This document shows, piece after piece, positions 31,014 through 42,636 of a stretch of 64,000 nucleotides of DNA. The position numbers and the translations under genes were made by a program. The notes beneath the pieces were generated by a model that was not told where the DNA came from, ran no database searches, and saw only the letters and a program-made list of their open reading frames with translations. Source of the stretch: Polyangiales bacterium (GTDB taxonomy: Bacteria; Myxococcota_A; Polyangia; Polyangiales; Ga0077539); the NCBI GenBank assembly GCA_041389825.1, contig JAWKRC010000007.1, positions 125,093 through 189,092 on the forward strand. The letters run 5' to 3'. Position 1 is the stretch's first letter; the number at the start of each line of letters is the position of its first letter.

Positions 31014-31658
31014 TCAGCGAGGCAGGCGCCCGGCCGACGATGACGACGTGATGGTGATCGCGCCTTCGTGGAGGAATGGAGGCGGCGCATGACCTGCTCC
31101 GCGCGGCAACGACTCGCCGCAGGCGCGCGGCGGCGCGCGCGACCTCGACAGGGTGCGCTCTACGTTCGCGTCACCCTCGACCGCGAGCCGCGCCTCGACC
31201 GCGGCCCGGGCGCGCGCCGAGGGCAGGGAGAGCGAGCCCACGCGGCCCCGTCGCGCACGGCGGGGTCGGGGTCTGGAGAGCCGCGGCGCCACCGCGTCGA
31301 CGTCGTCGAAGCCCTCGATGAGGGTGTCGAGCGCGGCGCGGAGGAAGAACAGCCCGACGGGCCTGCGAGACGCGACCGCGCGCAGCCAGGCGTGCGCGCG
31401 GGCCGACCCGGCGAAGGCCCGCAGCGCGTGGACGGCCCGCACCTGCGCGTGGGCGTCGAGGTCGTCGGACTCGGCGAGGGCGATGAGCGCCTCGGGCGCG
31501 CCGTCGCCCCACGCGCGCACCGCCGCGGGCGAGGGCTCGGACTCCCACGCGCTCAGGGCCTCGACCATGACGGCGCGCGAGACGGTCTGCGCCGACGCGG
31601 GCGCGGCGACGAGCGCGGTCGCGGCGAAGAGGGAGGCGGTGAGGATCGTGCGACGCAT
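31014..31658 (-). CDS. secreted hypothetical protein (3' part probably out of frame)
   Basis: Signal peptide MRRTILTASLFAATALVAAPASAQT and a helical repeat-like body. The Arg-rich tail suggests a frameshift. Confidence 0.4.
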   Translation of the reverse strand: MRRTILTASLFAATALVAAPASAQTVSRAVMVEALSAWESEPSPAAVRAWGDGAPEALIALAESDDLDAHAQVRAVHALRAFAGSARAHAWLRAVASRRPVGLFFLRAALDTLIEGFDDVDAVAPRLSRPRPRRARRGRVGSLSLPSARARAAVEARLAVEGDANVERTLSRSRAPPRACGESLPRGAGHAPPPFLHEGAITITSSSSAGRLPR

Positions 31659-31854
31659 GGCGGAGGCGGTAGGCTACCACCGGCGCGCGCCGAGGAGCTT
31701 CACCGAGGAGCACGAGCACGAGGTCACGCAGCCCATCGATGTGGGCCGCGCGGGTCGCTTCGCGGAAGTCGCGGGGTGACCGTCGGCGACGGCGCGGCGC
31801 TCTCGCTCGTGAGGAAGCGCGCGGCGCTCGGAGGCCCGGCCGCGCCCCCCGCCG

Positions 31855-32706
31855 TTGCTCGTTCACGGGCTCGGTCAGAACCGCTACGCGTGGCACCGGC
31901 GCGCGCTCGATGGTGAACCACCCCGCCGACGGGCGGCTGGGACGTCTTCAACCTCGACCTGCGCGGGTCACGGCCGCTCGGGCGTCGGCGACGAGGCGCT
32001 GGTCGATCGACCGCTACGCCGACGACCTCGCGCGCGCGACGGGCGCGGTGCGCGCGCTCACCGGGGCGGTTCCGGTGCCGTCGGTCACTCGCTCGGCGGG
32101 CTGCTCCTCGCACTCGCGGCGCGCGAGCCCGAGCGCGTCGCCGCGGTCGCCTCCTTCGCGGCGCCCTACGAGTTCGGCGCGGGCAACCGCGCGCTGCGCG
32201 CCCTCCGCTGGGCCCTCGACCACGCGGGGCCGGTCTCTGAGCGGGCGCGCGCGCGCCGCCTGCCCTTCGAGCTGGTCTGGTCGCTCTTTCGCCGCGGCCG
32301 CCGCGTGTGGGACGCGCCGCGGATCCCGCTCCCGCTGCGCGCGTGGAGGCCCGGCGCCTTCGAGCCCGCCGCGCTCGACGAGTACCTCTCCCTCGCCTTC
32401 GACCGCGGGTACGTGGGCGAGCTCCTCGACCTGTCGCGCTGCGACGCCTTCGACCGCGCGCACGGCGGCGCCGCGATGCGAGAGCGCTTCGAGTCGCTCT
32501 CGCTCCCGATCCTGGTGGTGGCGGGCGAGCACGACCTCCTCGCGCCGCCCGCGTCGGTGCTCCCCGCGTATACCCGAAGCCGCTCGCCCGCGCGGCGCTA
32601 CGCGGCGCTCCCCTTCGGCCACGGCGACCTGCTGCTCGGGCGCGACGCGCCGCGGCTCACCTGGCCCACCCTCGACGCGTGGCTGGCGTCGCTGCCCGCG
32701 CCATGA
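31855..32706 (+). pseudogene. alpha/beta-hydrolase fold protein, N-terminal region frameshifted
   Basis: LVHGLGQNRYAWH and the nucleophile elbow VGHSLGG are present. Between them the reading is garbled. The expected segment (...VDRYADDLARATGAVRALTGAVPVP) is found in the frame of ORF 31739..33061. Confidence 0.5.
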
Positions 32707-32744
32707 ATTCCTGCAGCGCGCGCCGACGGCGTTAGCGTCGCGCG

Positions 32745-33722
32745 GTGCGCCCGCTGCTCGTGATCGCCGCGCTCCTCGCGCCTACGACGGCGTGGGCTCA
32801 GGCCGACCCCAGGGCGGCGGTGATCGCGCAAGCGTGCCGCCCCGACGGGAGGCTCCTGCCCGCGGCGGCGCTCGCCCTCGACGGCGGCGACGTCGACGAC
32901 GCGCGAGACCGCACGCGCGCCGCGGGCCTCTGGGCGGCGGCGGTGTTCGTCGCGACCTTCGACGGAGGCGCGACCGCCGAGGCCGAGGCGATCGCGCGCT
33001 GGGTGACGTCGTCGCGCGACCCTCGGTTCACGCCGCGCTGCGCGCTCGCGATCGGCGGTGACGGCCGCGCGGCGGTCGCGCTCGCCCCCCGCGCGCTCGA
33101 GGCCATCGGGGACGGAGAAGTTCGCCGCGTGGCGCTGCCCGCGGGCGCGATCGACCCGCGGCTCGTGGCGAGGGACGAAGCCGACGTCGTGCGTGAGCGC
33201 GCGCTCGGCGACGGGGACGTCTCCTCGTGCGACGCCCCGAGCGACTGCCAGGTGGTCGCGCGACTCGGCGACGACGTCACGGTGCTGGCGCGGTGGGGGC
33301 GCGCGGCGCGCAGCGCGGTCGACGGGCCGCTGAGCGAGCGGGAGCTCGTGGCCGACGTGAACCGGGCGCGTCGCGCGCGGGGGCTCGCGTCGCTGCGGCA
33401 CGACCCGATGCTCGCCCGCCTCGCGCGGGAGCGCGCGTCGTCGCTCGCCGACCTGGGGCGGGTCACGCACGCGGTCGCGCCCGGAGACGCGCCGACGGAG
33501 CGCGTCGCGCGCGCGGGCCTGCGCTTCGACGCCCTCGGGGAGAACGTCGCGCGGGCGCGCTCGCTGGGCGAGGCGCACGGGAGGCTCATGGCCTCGCCCT
33601 CGCACCGACGGACGTTGATGCACCCCGGCCTCGACGCGATCGGCGTCGGCGTGGCGCGGGGCGCGGCGGGGCTCTACGTGGTGGAGCTCGTCGCGGGGCG
33701 GCCCTCGATGCGAGGGCCGTGA
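32745..33722 (+). CDS. secreted CAP/SCP (cysteine-rich secretory protein / PR-1-like) domain protein
   Basis: 325 aa with a signal peptide (LLVIAALLAPTTAWAQA). The C-terminal ~130 aa has the CAP pattern (LVADVNRARRARGLASLRHDPMLARLARERASS...GENVARARSLGEAHGRLMASPSHRRTLMHPGLDAIGVGV). Confidence 0.7.
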   Translation: MRPLLVIAALLAPTTAWAQADPRAAVIAQACRPDGRLLPAAALALDGGDVDDARDRTRAAGLWAAAVFVATFDGGATAEAEAIARWVTSSRDPRFTPRCALAIGGDGRAAVALAPRALEAIGDGEVRRVALPAGAIDPRLVARDEADVVRERALGDGDVSSCDAPSDCQVVARLGDDVTVLARWGRAARSAVDGPLSERELVADVNRARRARGLASLRHDPMLARLARERASSLADLGRVTHAVAPGDAPTERVARAGLRFDALGENVARARSLGEAHGRLMASPSHRRTLMHPGLDAIGVGVARGAAGLYVVELVAGRPSMRGP

Positions 33723-33730
33723 GGGGCGCT

Positions 33731-34009
33731 TCAGCCCTGCTTGGCGACGGAGAGCTTGTGCACGGCGGCGGCGAGGCGCGAGACCTTGCGCGAGGCGGTG
33801 CGGCGGTGAAGCACGCCCTTGGCGACGGCGCTGGTGAGCGCAGAGGCCGCGGGGGTGAGCGCGCTCTTGGCGGCCTCGAGGTCGCCCGACGTGATGGCCG
33901 CGCGGACCGTCTTCACGAGCGTGCGGAACTCGCTCCGGACGCCGCGGTTGCGAAGGGTGCGCTTGATACGCTGGCGGTTGCGCTTCTCGGCCGACTTGTG
34001 GTTCGCCAC
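33731..34009 (-). CDS. rpsT: 30S ribosomal protein S20
   Basis: 92 aa; MANHKSAEKRNRQRIKRTLRNRGVRSEFRTLVKTV... is the canonical S20 sequence. Confidence 0.85.
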   Translation of the reverse strand: MANHKSAEKRNRQRIKRTLRNRGVRSEFRTLVKTVRAAITSGDLEAAKSALTPAASALTSAVAKGVLHRRTASRKVSRLAAAVHKLSVAKQG

Positions 34010-34097
34010 GAATTGTTCCTCCTGAGCCCGACCCTGCGATCGGGGGCGCGGAAACTATCCGCAGCCCGCGCGGCGGTCAAGCACCCCCCGCGACCCT

Positions 34098-37000
34098 TCA
34101 CGCGGGCGCGGGCTCGAAGCGCGTCAGCCGGCGCAGGCGCTCCTCGAACTGCTGCTCGAGCCCCGCGTCGCCCGCGGCGCGCGCGTTGAGCGCGGCCCGG
34201 CGCCACGCGCTCACCGCCGCGCGACGGTCACCCTGGAGCTCCGCGGCCTCGGCGAGCTCGGCGTCGCACTGGGCCACCAAGGCCAACGCGCCGACCGACT
34301 CGGCCACGGCGCGCGCCTCGTCGAGCGTGCCCACGCCGTCGAGCCCCGCGAGCCTGCGCGCCCGCGCGAGCCGCAGGAGCACGTCGGCGTGCTGGCGCCG
34401 GTGCGCGTCGTGCGTGAGCGGCCCGCGCATCGCGTCGCGCAGGATCGCGTCGGCCGCCGAGAGGGCGTCGACGGCCTCGCGGTGCGCGCGGTCGAGGGTC
34501 TCGAGCTCCGCGCGCATCAGCAGCAGCTCCACCGCCACGGACCGCGACCGCTGCGGCGCGCGACCGAGGCCGCGTTGTCGAGCGCGCGCAGCCCCTCGGC
34601 GCGACGCCCCCGCGCGAAGAGCGCGCGGCCGAGGGCACCCTCGAGGCGGGCCCACTCGCCCGTGCCCCGCGTCGCCACGCCGAGGCCCTCTCGCAGCACG
34701 CCCTCGGCCTCTGAGGCGTCGCCCGCGCGCACCAGGGCCTCGCCGAGCTTGCGCGCGAAGATCACCATCGCCCGCTCGGGCTCGTCGAGCTCGCCCCGCG
34801 CGAGCTCCCGCCGGGCGATCTCGAGCCCGCGGCGCAGGGCCAGCGCCGCCGCCGCGTCGTCGCCGCGCGCGAGGGCGCGGTCGCCCACGCGCTCCAACAG
34901 AAGGAGGCTGCGGAAGGCGTCGTCGCCGTGCTCGGCGTGGAGGGCGCGGACCTCGAGCGGCTGGTCTTCGGAGCCCTCGACCTGCGTGCACGCGCGGTGG
35001 AGCTCCTTGCGAAGCGTCGCGGGCGTGCCGGCGTCGATCACCTCGCGCAGGAGCGGGTGCGCCACGCGCAGGCTCGGCACCGGCCGTGAGTGGTCGAGGC
35101 TGACCCAGCCCCGCTCGTCGAGCATCGCCACGGCCGCCTCGTCGCACGGGACGCCCGCGACCTCGGCGACCTCCTGAGGGATCGCCTCGCCGAGCACCGC
35201 GAGGGCCTGGAGCACCCGGCGCGCGTTCACGGGGAGTCGCTCGACGCGCGCGCCGATGAGGTCGACCATGCGCTCGGGCGCGGTGCCGCCGCCCTCGGTG
35301 TTCCAGCGGATGAGCTGCTCGAGGTGCAGCGGGAGGATCTCGTCGGGCGGCATCCGCAGGTCGTCGAGGCCGGGCCGCGTGACCGAGAGCACCGTGCGCG
35401 CGACCTCGACGGGGATGCCCCCGAGGTGGAGGGTCTCTCCCCTCGCCCACGGGACGTGCATCCGCGGGCCGTGGGTGAACACCAGGAAGACGCCGAGGGG
35501 CACGGGGCGCGCGAGGAGGCCCGCGAGCACGCGCACCGAGGCCGCGTCCATGCGGTGGATCTGCTCGAAGACCACAAAGGCGGTGCGGCCGCGCGCGCGG
35601 AGGCCCTCGCGCAGCGCGAAGATCAGCGCGCGGACGGCGGCCTCGGCGCGGGCGCGCGCGTCGAGCTCCACCGCGCCCTCTTCGGTGAACACCTCGACGA
35701 AGCCCGCGCGCTCGGTGGGGTCGATCTCCATCCCCTCGGCGACGCGCTTGTCCATCCAGTCGACGGGGAACTCCGCCGCGCGCAGCCCGAGGAGGTCTCT
35801 CACGCAGCTCGCCACCGCCGCGTAGGGCACGCCCGCCCACGTCGGGTCTGGGCCCGTCACCACCACCAGCGTGTCGCTGTGGCGCGCGTTCTCGACCACC
35901 GTGAGCACCAGCCTCCGGCGCCCCGAGCCCTCTTCGCCCACCACCCTCAGCGGCACGAGCACGCCCGCCGAGGCCCGCGCGCGCGCGAGCTCCAGCAGGC
36001 TCAGCTCCGCCTCGCGGCCCACCAGCGGCAAGCCCGTGAAGCCCTGCCCCTGCTCGGACATCCGCGGCGGCCGCGTGCTCGCGCGGGGCGACTCGGGCTC
36101 GGTGAGCGGCAGCGCGCCCGGCCCCTCGGGGGGCGACACCTTCGCGCCGCACTCCCCGCAGAACTTCAGCCCCGGCGGCACCGACGCCCCGCACGACACG
36201 CAGGGTCGACCGACGCCCTGCGACCGCGGCGGGTCGCTCGGCGGCGTGCGCGACACGTGCGTCGCGAGCTGCAGCGCCTCAGCGAACTCGAGCCCCGTCT
36301 GGTAGCGCAGCTCGGGGTCCTTCTCGAGGCCGCGCATCAGCACCTCGATGAAGGCCTCGGGCAGCTCCGGCGCCCAGGTGCGCGGGTCGGGCGGGGATCG
36401 CCCACGTGCATCAAGAGCACCTTGCGCGGGTCTTCAGACTCGAAGGGCAGGCGCCCCGTCACGCAGTAGAACAGCACCACCGCGGCGGAGTACAGGTCAC
36501 TGCGCGGGTCGGGCGGCAGGCCGCGCGCCTGCTCGGGCGCCATGAAGTCGGGCGTGCCCGGAACGAGCCCGGGGAGGTCACGCCGGGCTTGTCGTCGCTG
36601 CGGATCTTCGCGAGGCCGAAGTCGACCATCTTCACGAAATCGCCGCCGGTGCGCAGGGGCTCGACGAGGATGTTCTCGGGCTTGATGTCGCGGTGGATGA
36701 TCCCCTGGTCGTGCGCCTCGGCGAGCGCGGCGAGCACCTGACGGATGATCTCCGCGGCGCGCTCGTGCGCGATCTGGCCTGACTCCCACACGACGCGCGC
36801 GAGGTCTTGCCCGCGCAGGAACTCCATCACGAGGAAGAGCAGCCCGTCTTCGGTGCGGCCGAAGTCGAGCACGCTCACGCAGTTGGGGTGGTTGAGCCGC
36901 GAGCACGCGCGGGCCTCGGCGTAGAAGCGCGCGACGGCGCTCTCTTCTCCCGCGAGGTGAGGGTGGATCACCTTCACCGCGAGGGTCTTGCCGAGCGAGG

Positions 37001-37193
37001 CCTGCTCCGCGCGGTACACGCGCCCCATGCCCCCCGCGCCCACCGCCTCGAGGATGAGGTACCCCCCGCCGAGCGTGCGACCGATGAGCGGATCGCCCGA
37101 CGTGGCCCGCAGCGCCGCGATGGGGAAGCCGCAGCTCGGGCAGTAGCGGTGTTCCTCCGCGACCTCGGCGCGGCAGCTCTGGCAGGTGCGCAA
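34098..37193 (-). pseudogene. large Ser/Thr protein kinase with Zn-ribbon, kinase domain, AAA/STAND-like region and TPR-like C-terminus; at least three frameshifts
   Basis: N-terminus with CPSCG zinc ribbon and kinase subdomains (GAGGMGRVYRA, HRDIKPENIL, DFGLAKI) lies in ORF 36459..37193. The activation loop to APE (GTPDFMAPEQARG...DLYSAAVVLFYCVTGRLPFE) is in the frame of ORF 36337..37212. The continuation (LMRGLEKDPELRY...LVGREAELSLLEL...) lies in 34517..36343. A TPR-like end lies in the frame of 34098..36194. Confidence 0.6.
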
Positions 37194-37258
37194 GGCTCGT
37201 GCACTCTATCAACCCTCCCGCGGCGCAGGAAAGCTGTTAGCCTGCGGTTCCGCCGCCG

Positions 37259-37981
37259 ATGCGCACGGCCCTCACCGCCCAGCTCGCGCTCGCGCTGGGC
37301 CTCGCCACCTGGGCTCAGCTCGCGCTCGTGCCCCTCCTCCTCCGCCGCGCCGGACCGTGGTCGGTCCTCACCGCGGCGGCGAGCTTCACCGCGCTCGCCG
37401 CGTCGGCGCAGCTCTCGCGCGACCCCGCCCGGCGGCCGCTCGCGCTCGGCCTCGCCGCGGGCGTGTTCCCCTGCGCGCTCGGGGTGGGCGCGCTCGCGAT
37501 GGCCCTGGGGCCCCTGCCGCGCTTCGACCTCGCGGCCCGCGCGCTCGCGGCCCTCACGGGCCTCGCGTACCTCGCCGCGGTCGCCGTCGCGTGGCGCGGC
37601 GCGGCGCCCACCGCGGCCTACGACGTCGTGCCCCTCGACGCCCCTCCGCCGCGCCGCGACGCCCCCGCGTGGAAGCCCGCCGCCCTCGCCACGCTCGCCG
37701 TGGTGGGCGCCTCGGTCGCGGTGCTCATGCCCGCGGCCCTCACCGCGCGCGGCCCGAGCACCCTCGCGGAGCGGCTCGGCGGCGACGCCCTCGCCCGGGG
37801 CCGCGCCGGGCTCGTCACCGCGGGCGGCCTCGCCCTCGCCCTGGTCATCACCCTCGGCGCCGGCGGCGCGCTCCTCCGCCGCGCGCCGATCCGCAGGGGC
37901 AACCCCGCGCGGGCCGGGATGCTCCTGCTCTGGGCGGGCGTGCTGGCGCTCATCCGTTACTGGATCGACCACTCGCGATAG
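37259..37981 (+). CDS. hypothetical polytopic membrane protein
   Basis: 240 aa, about 6 hydrophobic segments, good GC3 bias. Confidence 0.5.
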   Translation: MRTALTAQLALALGLATWAQLALVPLLLRRAGPWSVLTAAASFTALAASAQLSRDPARRPLALGLAAGVFPCALGVGALAMALGPLPRFDLAARALAALTGLAYLAAVAVAWRGAAPTAAYDVVPLDAPPPRRDAPAWKPAALATLAVVGASVAVLMPAALTARGPSTLAERLGGDALARGRAGLVTAGGLALALVITLGAGGALLRRAPIRRGNPARAGMLLLWAGVLALIRYWIDHSR

Positions 37982-38195
37982 TCTCCGCGTCGGTGACCCG
38001 CCCCTCGTTGCGCGCCGTGGCCGCCGCGGCGACCCGCTTCATCGGCCTGTGCCTCATCCTCGCCGCGCTCCTGCCGTGCTGGGAGGCGCTGCGCGCGCTC
38101 GACCGCCGCGACCTCGTGTCGGCGCTCTTCGCCGCGTGCGTCGCGTGGATCGTCGTGCAGGCCGGCGTAGAGCTCCTGCGCCCAGGGAGCGCGGA

Positions 38196-39089
38196 GTGAC
38201 CCGGGCGTGGGCCCTCGCGGCGCTCGCCCTCGCGGGCTGCTCCGACGCGCGCCCCGGGGGGCCGGTGACGCTCCCCACGCCGCGCGGGCCGGTGGTCGCG
38301 CGCGTCGACGGCGAGGCCGTGACCGCGGCCGAGGTCGAGTCCGTCGCGTCGGGTCGGGGGCTCTCCGCGCGCGACGCCCTCGATGTGGTGATCGTAGAGC
38401 GCCTCGAGGCGCGCGAGGCGCGGCGGTCGGTGGTGACGGAGCTCGAGGTCCGAGACGCGCTCTGGCGCGCGCGGGTGCAAGCGCTCCTCGCGCGCGAGAT
38501 CGAGGCGCGGGTGACGCCCGAGTCGCTCCCCGAGGCGCAGCTGCGGGCCGCCCTCGACGCGCGGCGCGCCGACCTCCTGCACGGGCCGACCCGAGACGTG
38601 ATGAATTTCGTCGCCCACGCGAGGCCGGGCTTCGACGCGCGCGCGGCCGCGGAGCGCTTCCACGCCGCGGTGGTCGCCGCGGGCGGCGCGCGCCCCACGC
38701 GGGAGCAGTTCGCCGCGGCTGCGGGGCCTCCGAGCGAAGACGCGCGCGTCGAGGCGCTCCCGCCCTTCGACGACAGCGGCCGCATGCCCAACGGCGCGAC
38801 GCTCGTCCCGGCCTTCGTCGCGGCGACGCGCGCCCTCACCGAGTCGGCGCCCCTCTCGGCCCCCTTCGAGACGAACTTCGGCTGGCACGTCGCGCTGCTG
38901 GTCGGCGTCGGGCCCGCGTCGACGATGACGTCCGCCGAGGCCGAGGCCGTCGTGCGGCGAGAGCTCGTCGCGGCCCTCCGCGCGCAGGCCGCGCGGGCGC
39001 TGGTCGAGGGGCTCCGCGCGCGCGCCCACGTGCAGGTGAGCGCCAGCAGCCTCGAGGCGCTGCGGCACATCGCGCGCGCGTCGCAGTGA
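38196..39089 (+). CDS. lipoprotein with SurA-N/parvulin-like (putative peptidyl-prolyl isomerase) features
   Basis: GTG start (VTRAWALAALALAGCSD, lipobox LAGC). ...ETNFGWHVALLVG resembles the parvulin PPIase core. The longer ORF 36807..39089 is an upstream artefact. Confidence 0.5.
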   Translation: MTRAWALAALALAGCSDARPGGPVTLPTPRGPVVARVDGEAVTAAEVESVASGRGLSARDALDVVIVERLEAREARRSVVTELEVRDALWRARVQALLAREIEARVTPESLPEAQLRAALDARRADLLHGPTRDVMNFVAHARPGFDARAAAERFHAAVVAAGGARPTREQFAAAAGPPSEDARVEALPPFDDSGRMPNGATLVPAFVAATRALTESAPLSAPFETNFGWHVALLVGVGPASTMTSAEAEAVVRRELVAALRAQAARALVEGLRARAHVQVSASSLEALRHIARASQ

Positions 39090-39700
39090 CCCCGCTGCGG
39101 CCGCGCGGGGCCGAGCGCACGGGCTTCACCGCCGCGCTCGAGGCCCTCGTGCGCGGCGCGCGAGAGGCGCTCTGCGCGGTCTTCGTCGACGCCGAGGGTG
39201 AGGCCATCGACGTCGCCACGGCCATCGACGAGTTCGACGCGAAGATCACCGGCGCCGAGATGGCGCTGCCGCTCGCGCGGGTGAGGGCCTACGCGAGGGC
39301 GCGCCGCGCCGGGGCGACCGTGGAGGTGCGCTTCTCGGGCGAGCGGCGCTCGGTGCTCGTCCGCGCGGTGGCCGAGGGCTGCGACCTGGTGCTCCTCGTC
39401 GAGGGCGCGATCACCGTCGCGCTCGCCGAGCGGGTGGCGCGCACCGCCGCGGCGCTCGCGAGCGAGGCGGGCATGGAGCCCGTCGCGGGTCGGCAGACCC
39501 TGCGCGCGGTGGAGCTCAGCGCCGACCGTCCGGGGTGGCCGAGGGCCTTCGTCGACGGGGGGGCGCGGCGCACCGTGGCGGCCGTGCTCGGGGTGCGTGA
39601 GGTCGGCACCGACGCGCACTACCTCGTGCGCACCGACGAGGGCGAGGAGGTGCTCGTCGCGCACGACCGCGAGCTGGAGCAGTGGAGGCGAGAGTCGTGA
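39086..39700 (+). CDS. hypothetical protein
   Basis: GTG start overlapping the previous stop (GTGA). 204 aa, no family assigned; the 38207..39085 part of the called ORF is a GC-frame artefact. Confidence 0.4.
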   Translation: MTPLRPRGAERTGFTAALEALVRGAREALCAVFVDAEGEAIDVATAIDEFDAKITGAEMALPLARVRAYARARRAGATVEVRFSGERRSVLVRAVAEGCDLVLLVEGAITVALAERVARTAAALASEAGMEPVAGRQTLRAVELSADRPGWPRAFVDGGARRTVAAVLGVREVGTDAHYLVRTDEGEEVLVAHDRELEQWRRES

Positions 39701-41184
39701 CGCGCGCGCGCGGCGAGGTGCTACCGTCGCGCGCCCCTGTGGAATCCACACGACCGAACGACGCGCCGCCCCTCCGCGCGGCGGCGCTCCGGTGGGAGTC
39801 GCTCCCGAGCGACCGCCGCGCCCCCACGCTGGCCTCTCTGACCGGGCTCGGCTTCAACGCGGTGGAGCTCCCGGTGGCGTGGTCCGCCCACGCGGCCACC
39901 GTCGACGGCGCGACCTTCGAGGGCGTGCTCGACCTCGCGGCGGCGGTGCGCGCCTCGCTCGACGCCGGGCTGCGCGTCGCGCTGCGCGTCGGCGCCGTCG
40001 GGCCGCTGCCCGCGTGGGTCACGCGCGACGACGCCATGGCGTCCCTCACGCGGAGGCGCACGCCGCGGCTGTCGGTCGACGGCGCGCGCCTGGTGGCCCT
40101 CCCGTCGCTGTCGTCGCGGGCGTACACGACCGCGTGCTCGGGCTTCGTGGGTCGTGTCTGCGACGCGTTAGGTCCTCTCGCCGCGCGCGTCGAGCGTTGG
40201 GTGGTCGACGCGGGCGCGGCGGCGGAGTTCCGCGGGGGGCCGTGGGACTCGGACCACCACCCCGACGCGCCGGAGGGGGTCGACGACCCGACGCAGCGCG
40301 CGCTCGACGAGGCCGGGGCGCTGGCGGCGCACCTCGACGCGCTCGCCGCGGCGCTCACCGCGCGCGGCGTCGACGCGGCGCGGGTGACGACGCAGGTGCC
40401 CGGTCGCGCGAGCCAGCACCCCGCGGTGGCGTCGCTCGCGGCGCGGTGGACCCTGGGCGTGCGCGTCCCCGGCGCGGGCGCGGGCGCGACGGCGATCTGG
40501 CGCGAGGTCGGCTCTGCGCGGGCGCCGCGCGGGCGCGCTCGCGTCCGTAGCGGCGGGCCACGCGCCGCTGTCGTCCCCCGTGCGTGATCGCCACGCGCTC
40601 GCGGCCGCCCGCGTGGCGCTCGCCGCGGGCGCGCGCGACCTGACGGTGCGCTTCGTCTACGGGGGCGACGACTGGGTCGGGGCCCTCCTCGATGCGTCGG
40701 GCCTGCCCCGGCCCGCGGCCGCGCGGTGGTCGGAGCTCTTCGCGTGGGCAGACACCCTCCCCGCGGGCGACGAGCTCGGCGAGCGCCGCGCGTTGACCGC
40801 GGACGTCCTCGCGCGCGCGCAGGCCTCCGTCGCGCGGGCTCCGGTCGCCGGGCGCGCCCTCGCGGCCATCGGCTTCGACCTCGCCGAGCTCTCGCCGATC
40901 CCCGACGTCGACGTCGTGTCTCGCTGGGTCGACGCGCGCCGCGACCGCGGGGCGCCGTGGGGCTCCGCGCCGGCGCCGACTCCGACGGAGCGCCCGGCCC
41001 CGAGGCCCAGGTCGAGCCCCAGGGTCACGCGCTCCTCCGCGCGGTGCGTCGCGGTGGCGACACGCGGTGGGTGTGCGCGGCGGCGGGCCCCTCGACGGTC
41101 GCGGTGACCCTCCCTGACATCGGTCGCTTCGAGGTCGAGCCCGACGCGGTGCTCGTCCTCGGCGAGGGAGCGGTGTCGCCGTGA
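39682..41184 (+). CDS. hypothetical protein, possibly TIM-barrel glycosidase-like; appears frameshifted around 40.5-41.0 kb
   Basis: N-terminal ...LTGLGFNAVELPVAWSAHAATVDG... resembles a GH42/GH5-type barrel start. The reading continues in two other ORFs (40580..41107, 40726..41184). Confidence 0.35.
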
Positions 41185-42200
41185 TCCGCGGCTACGACGC
41201 GCGGAGCTGGCACCGGCTGGTGACGATGGTGGCGCCGGGGCTCGTGTCGCGCCCCCCGTCCGAGCGCGCGCGCAGAGACGACACCCGCGGCGGGCTCGTG
41301 CTCGCGCTCTTCGACGACGACCTGCTCGTCCACGCCGTGCACACCACGCGCGGCCCCGTCGAGGTCGACGCGTGGGACGGCCCCTCGACGCTCACCGCGA
41401 TGATGGACGCGACGGGCGCGCGCTTCGGCGCCGCGGCGCGCGTGGGCGCGATCGAGACGCTGCTCGAGCGGCTGGGCGGGCGGGTCCACCCCGACGACGA
41501 CGTGGCCGAGGTGGTGACGACGGCGCTCGGCGCCGTGCGGGAGCTCGTCGACGACGGCGCCCTCGTGCTCCGCCCGAGCCTCCCGGGCGGCGTGCCGCTC
41601 CCCTCGGCCGACGTGCTGCGCCGCGGGTGGAACGTGCTCCTCCCGCCGGGTCAGGCGCTGGTCCTGGCCCTCTACGGCGACGGCGGCCTCGACACCTGCG
41701 CGGTGGTCTCGCGCGACGCGCGCGGCCGGCTCGTGGTCGAGGGCCCCGAGTCCCTCGCGGCCCTCACCGGCCCCCTGAGCGGTGACCCCTGGCGCGACCA
41801 CCGCCGCGTGCGCGAGGCCGTCGAGCGCGCGCGAGGCCCGCTCGCCTTCGGGCTCTTCGCCCCCACGTCGGTGGTCGAGCGACTGCTCCGCGACGAGACG
41901 CCGGGCGCGTGGGCGGGCGCCATCGCCGCGCGCGCGGTGGTCGCCGAGCCCCTCCCGGCGTGGCTCGCCATCGCGGCCGGCGCGGGGGCGGCGCGGCGCG
42001 CGGCGTCGGTGGCCCGCTCGACCCTCGGCGGCTCCCGCTGGTTCGAGCCCCTCGCCCGCAGGGTGCGCGACGCGGTCGACCGCGCCGCCGAGCTCGACCC
42101 CGCCGCGATGACCGGGCCGGAGCTCTTGCAGGCCCTGGCCTCGCTCCTGCGGGTGAGCGCGACGCGCCCCGAAGACACCCGCGACGACGACGCGGGCTGA
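41181..42200 (+). CDS. hypothetical protein
   Basis: 339 aa with good GC3 bias; start overlaps the upstream stop. Confidence 0.45.
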   Translation: MIRGYDARSWHRLVTMVAPGLVSRPPSERARRDDTRGGLVLALFDDDLLVHAVHTTRGPVEVDAWDGPSTLTAMMDATGARFGAAARVGAIETLLERLGGRVHPDDDVAEVVTTALGAVRELVDDGALVLRPSLPGGVPLPSADVLRRGWNVLLPPGQALVLALYGDGGLDTCAVVSRDARGRLVVEGPESLAALTGPLSGDPWRDHRRVREAVERARGPLAFGLFAPTSVVERLLRDETPGAWAGAIAARAVVAEPLPAWLAIAAGAGAARRAASVARSTLGGSRWFEPLARRVRDAVDRAAELDPAAMTGPELLQALASLLRVSATRPEDTRDDDAG

Positions 42201-42241
42201 TCCCCCTTGTCGTCGCGGCGCGCGGCGTAGACCATCGCCGC

Positions 42242-42631
42242 GTGCAAGCCCCTCCGTCGAACCCTCGCGGCGCGGTGACCATCGAGGTCGGCGGCCAGCG
42301 ACTCCGCCTCTCGGCCAACGCCGACCCGCAGCACCTCGAGTCGCTCGCCTCCCTCGTGAACGAGCGCGTCGAGGCCGTGTCTCGGTCCGCGCGGGGCGCG
42401 GGCACGCCCACGGTGCTCGCCCTGGTCGCGCTCGACCTCGCCGACGAGGTGCTCGCGTCCCGGCGCCGCGTCGACGACGCGAAGACCGAGGCGAACGCGC
42501 GCGTCGAGGCCGCCGAGGCCCGCGCGAAGGAGGTCGAGCGCGCCGCCCGCGACGCCGTCGCGGAGGCCCTCGTCGAGATCGACCGCGCGCTCGCCGACGA
42601 CGCCGCCGAGGCCACGCCCGCCGACGACTGA
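42242..42631 (+). CDS. ZapA-like cell-division protein
   Basis: GTG start (VQAPPSNPRGAVTIEVGGQRLRLSAN...) with a coiled-coil C-terminus, the pattern typical of ZapA. Confidence 0.5.
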   Translation: MQAPPSNPRGAVTIEVGGQRLRLSANADPQHLESLASLVNERVEAVSRSARGAGTPTVLALVALDLADEVLASRRRVDDAKTEANARVEAAEARAKEVERAARDAVAEALVEIDRALADDAAEATPADD

Positions 42632-42636
42632 CCGCG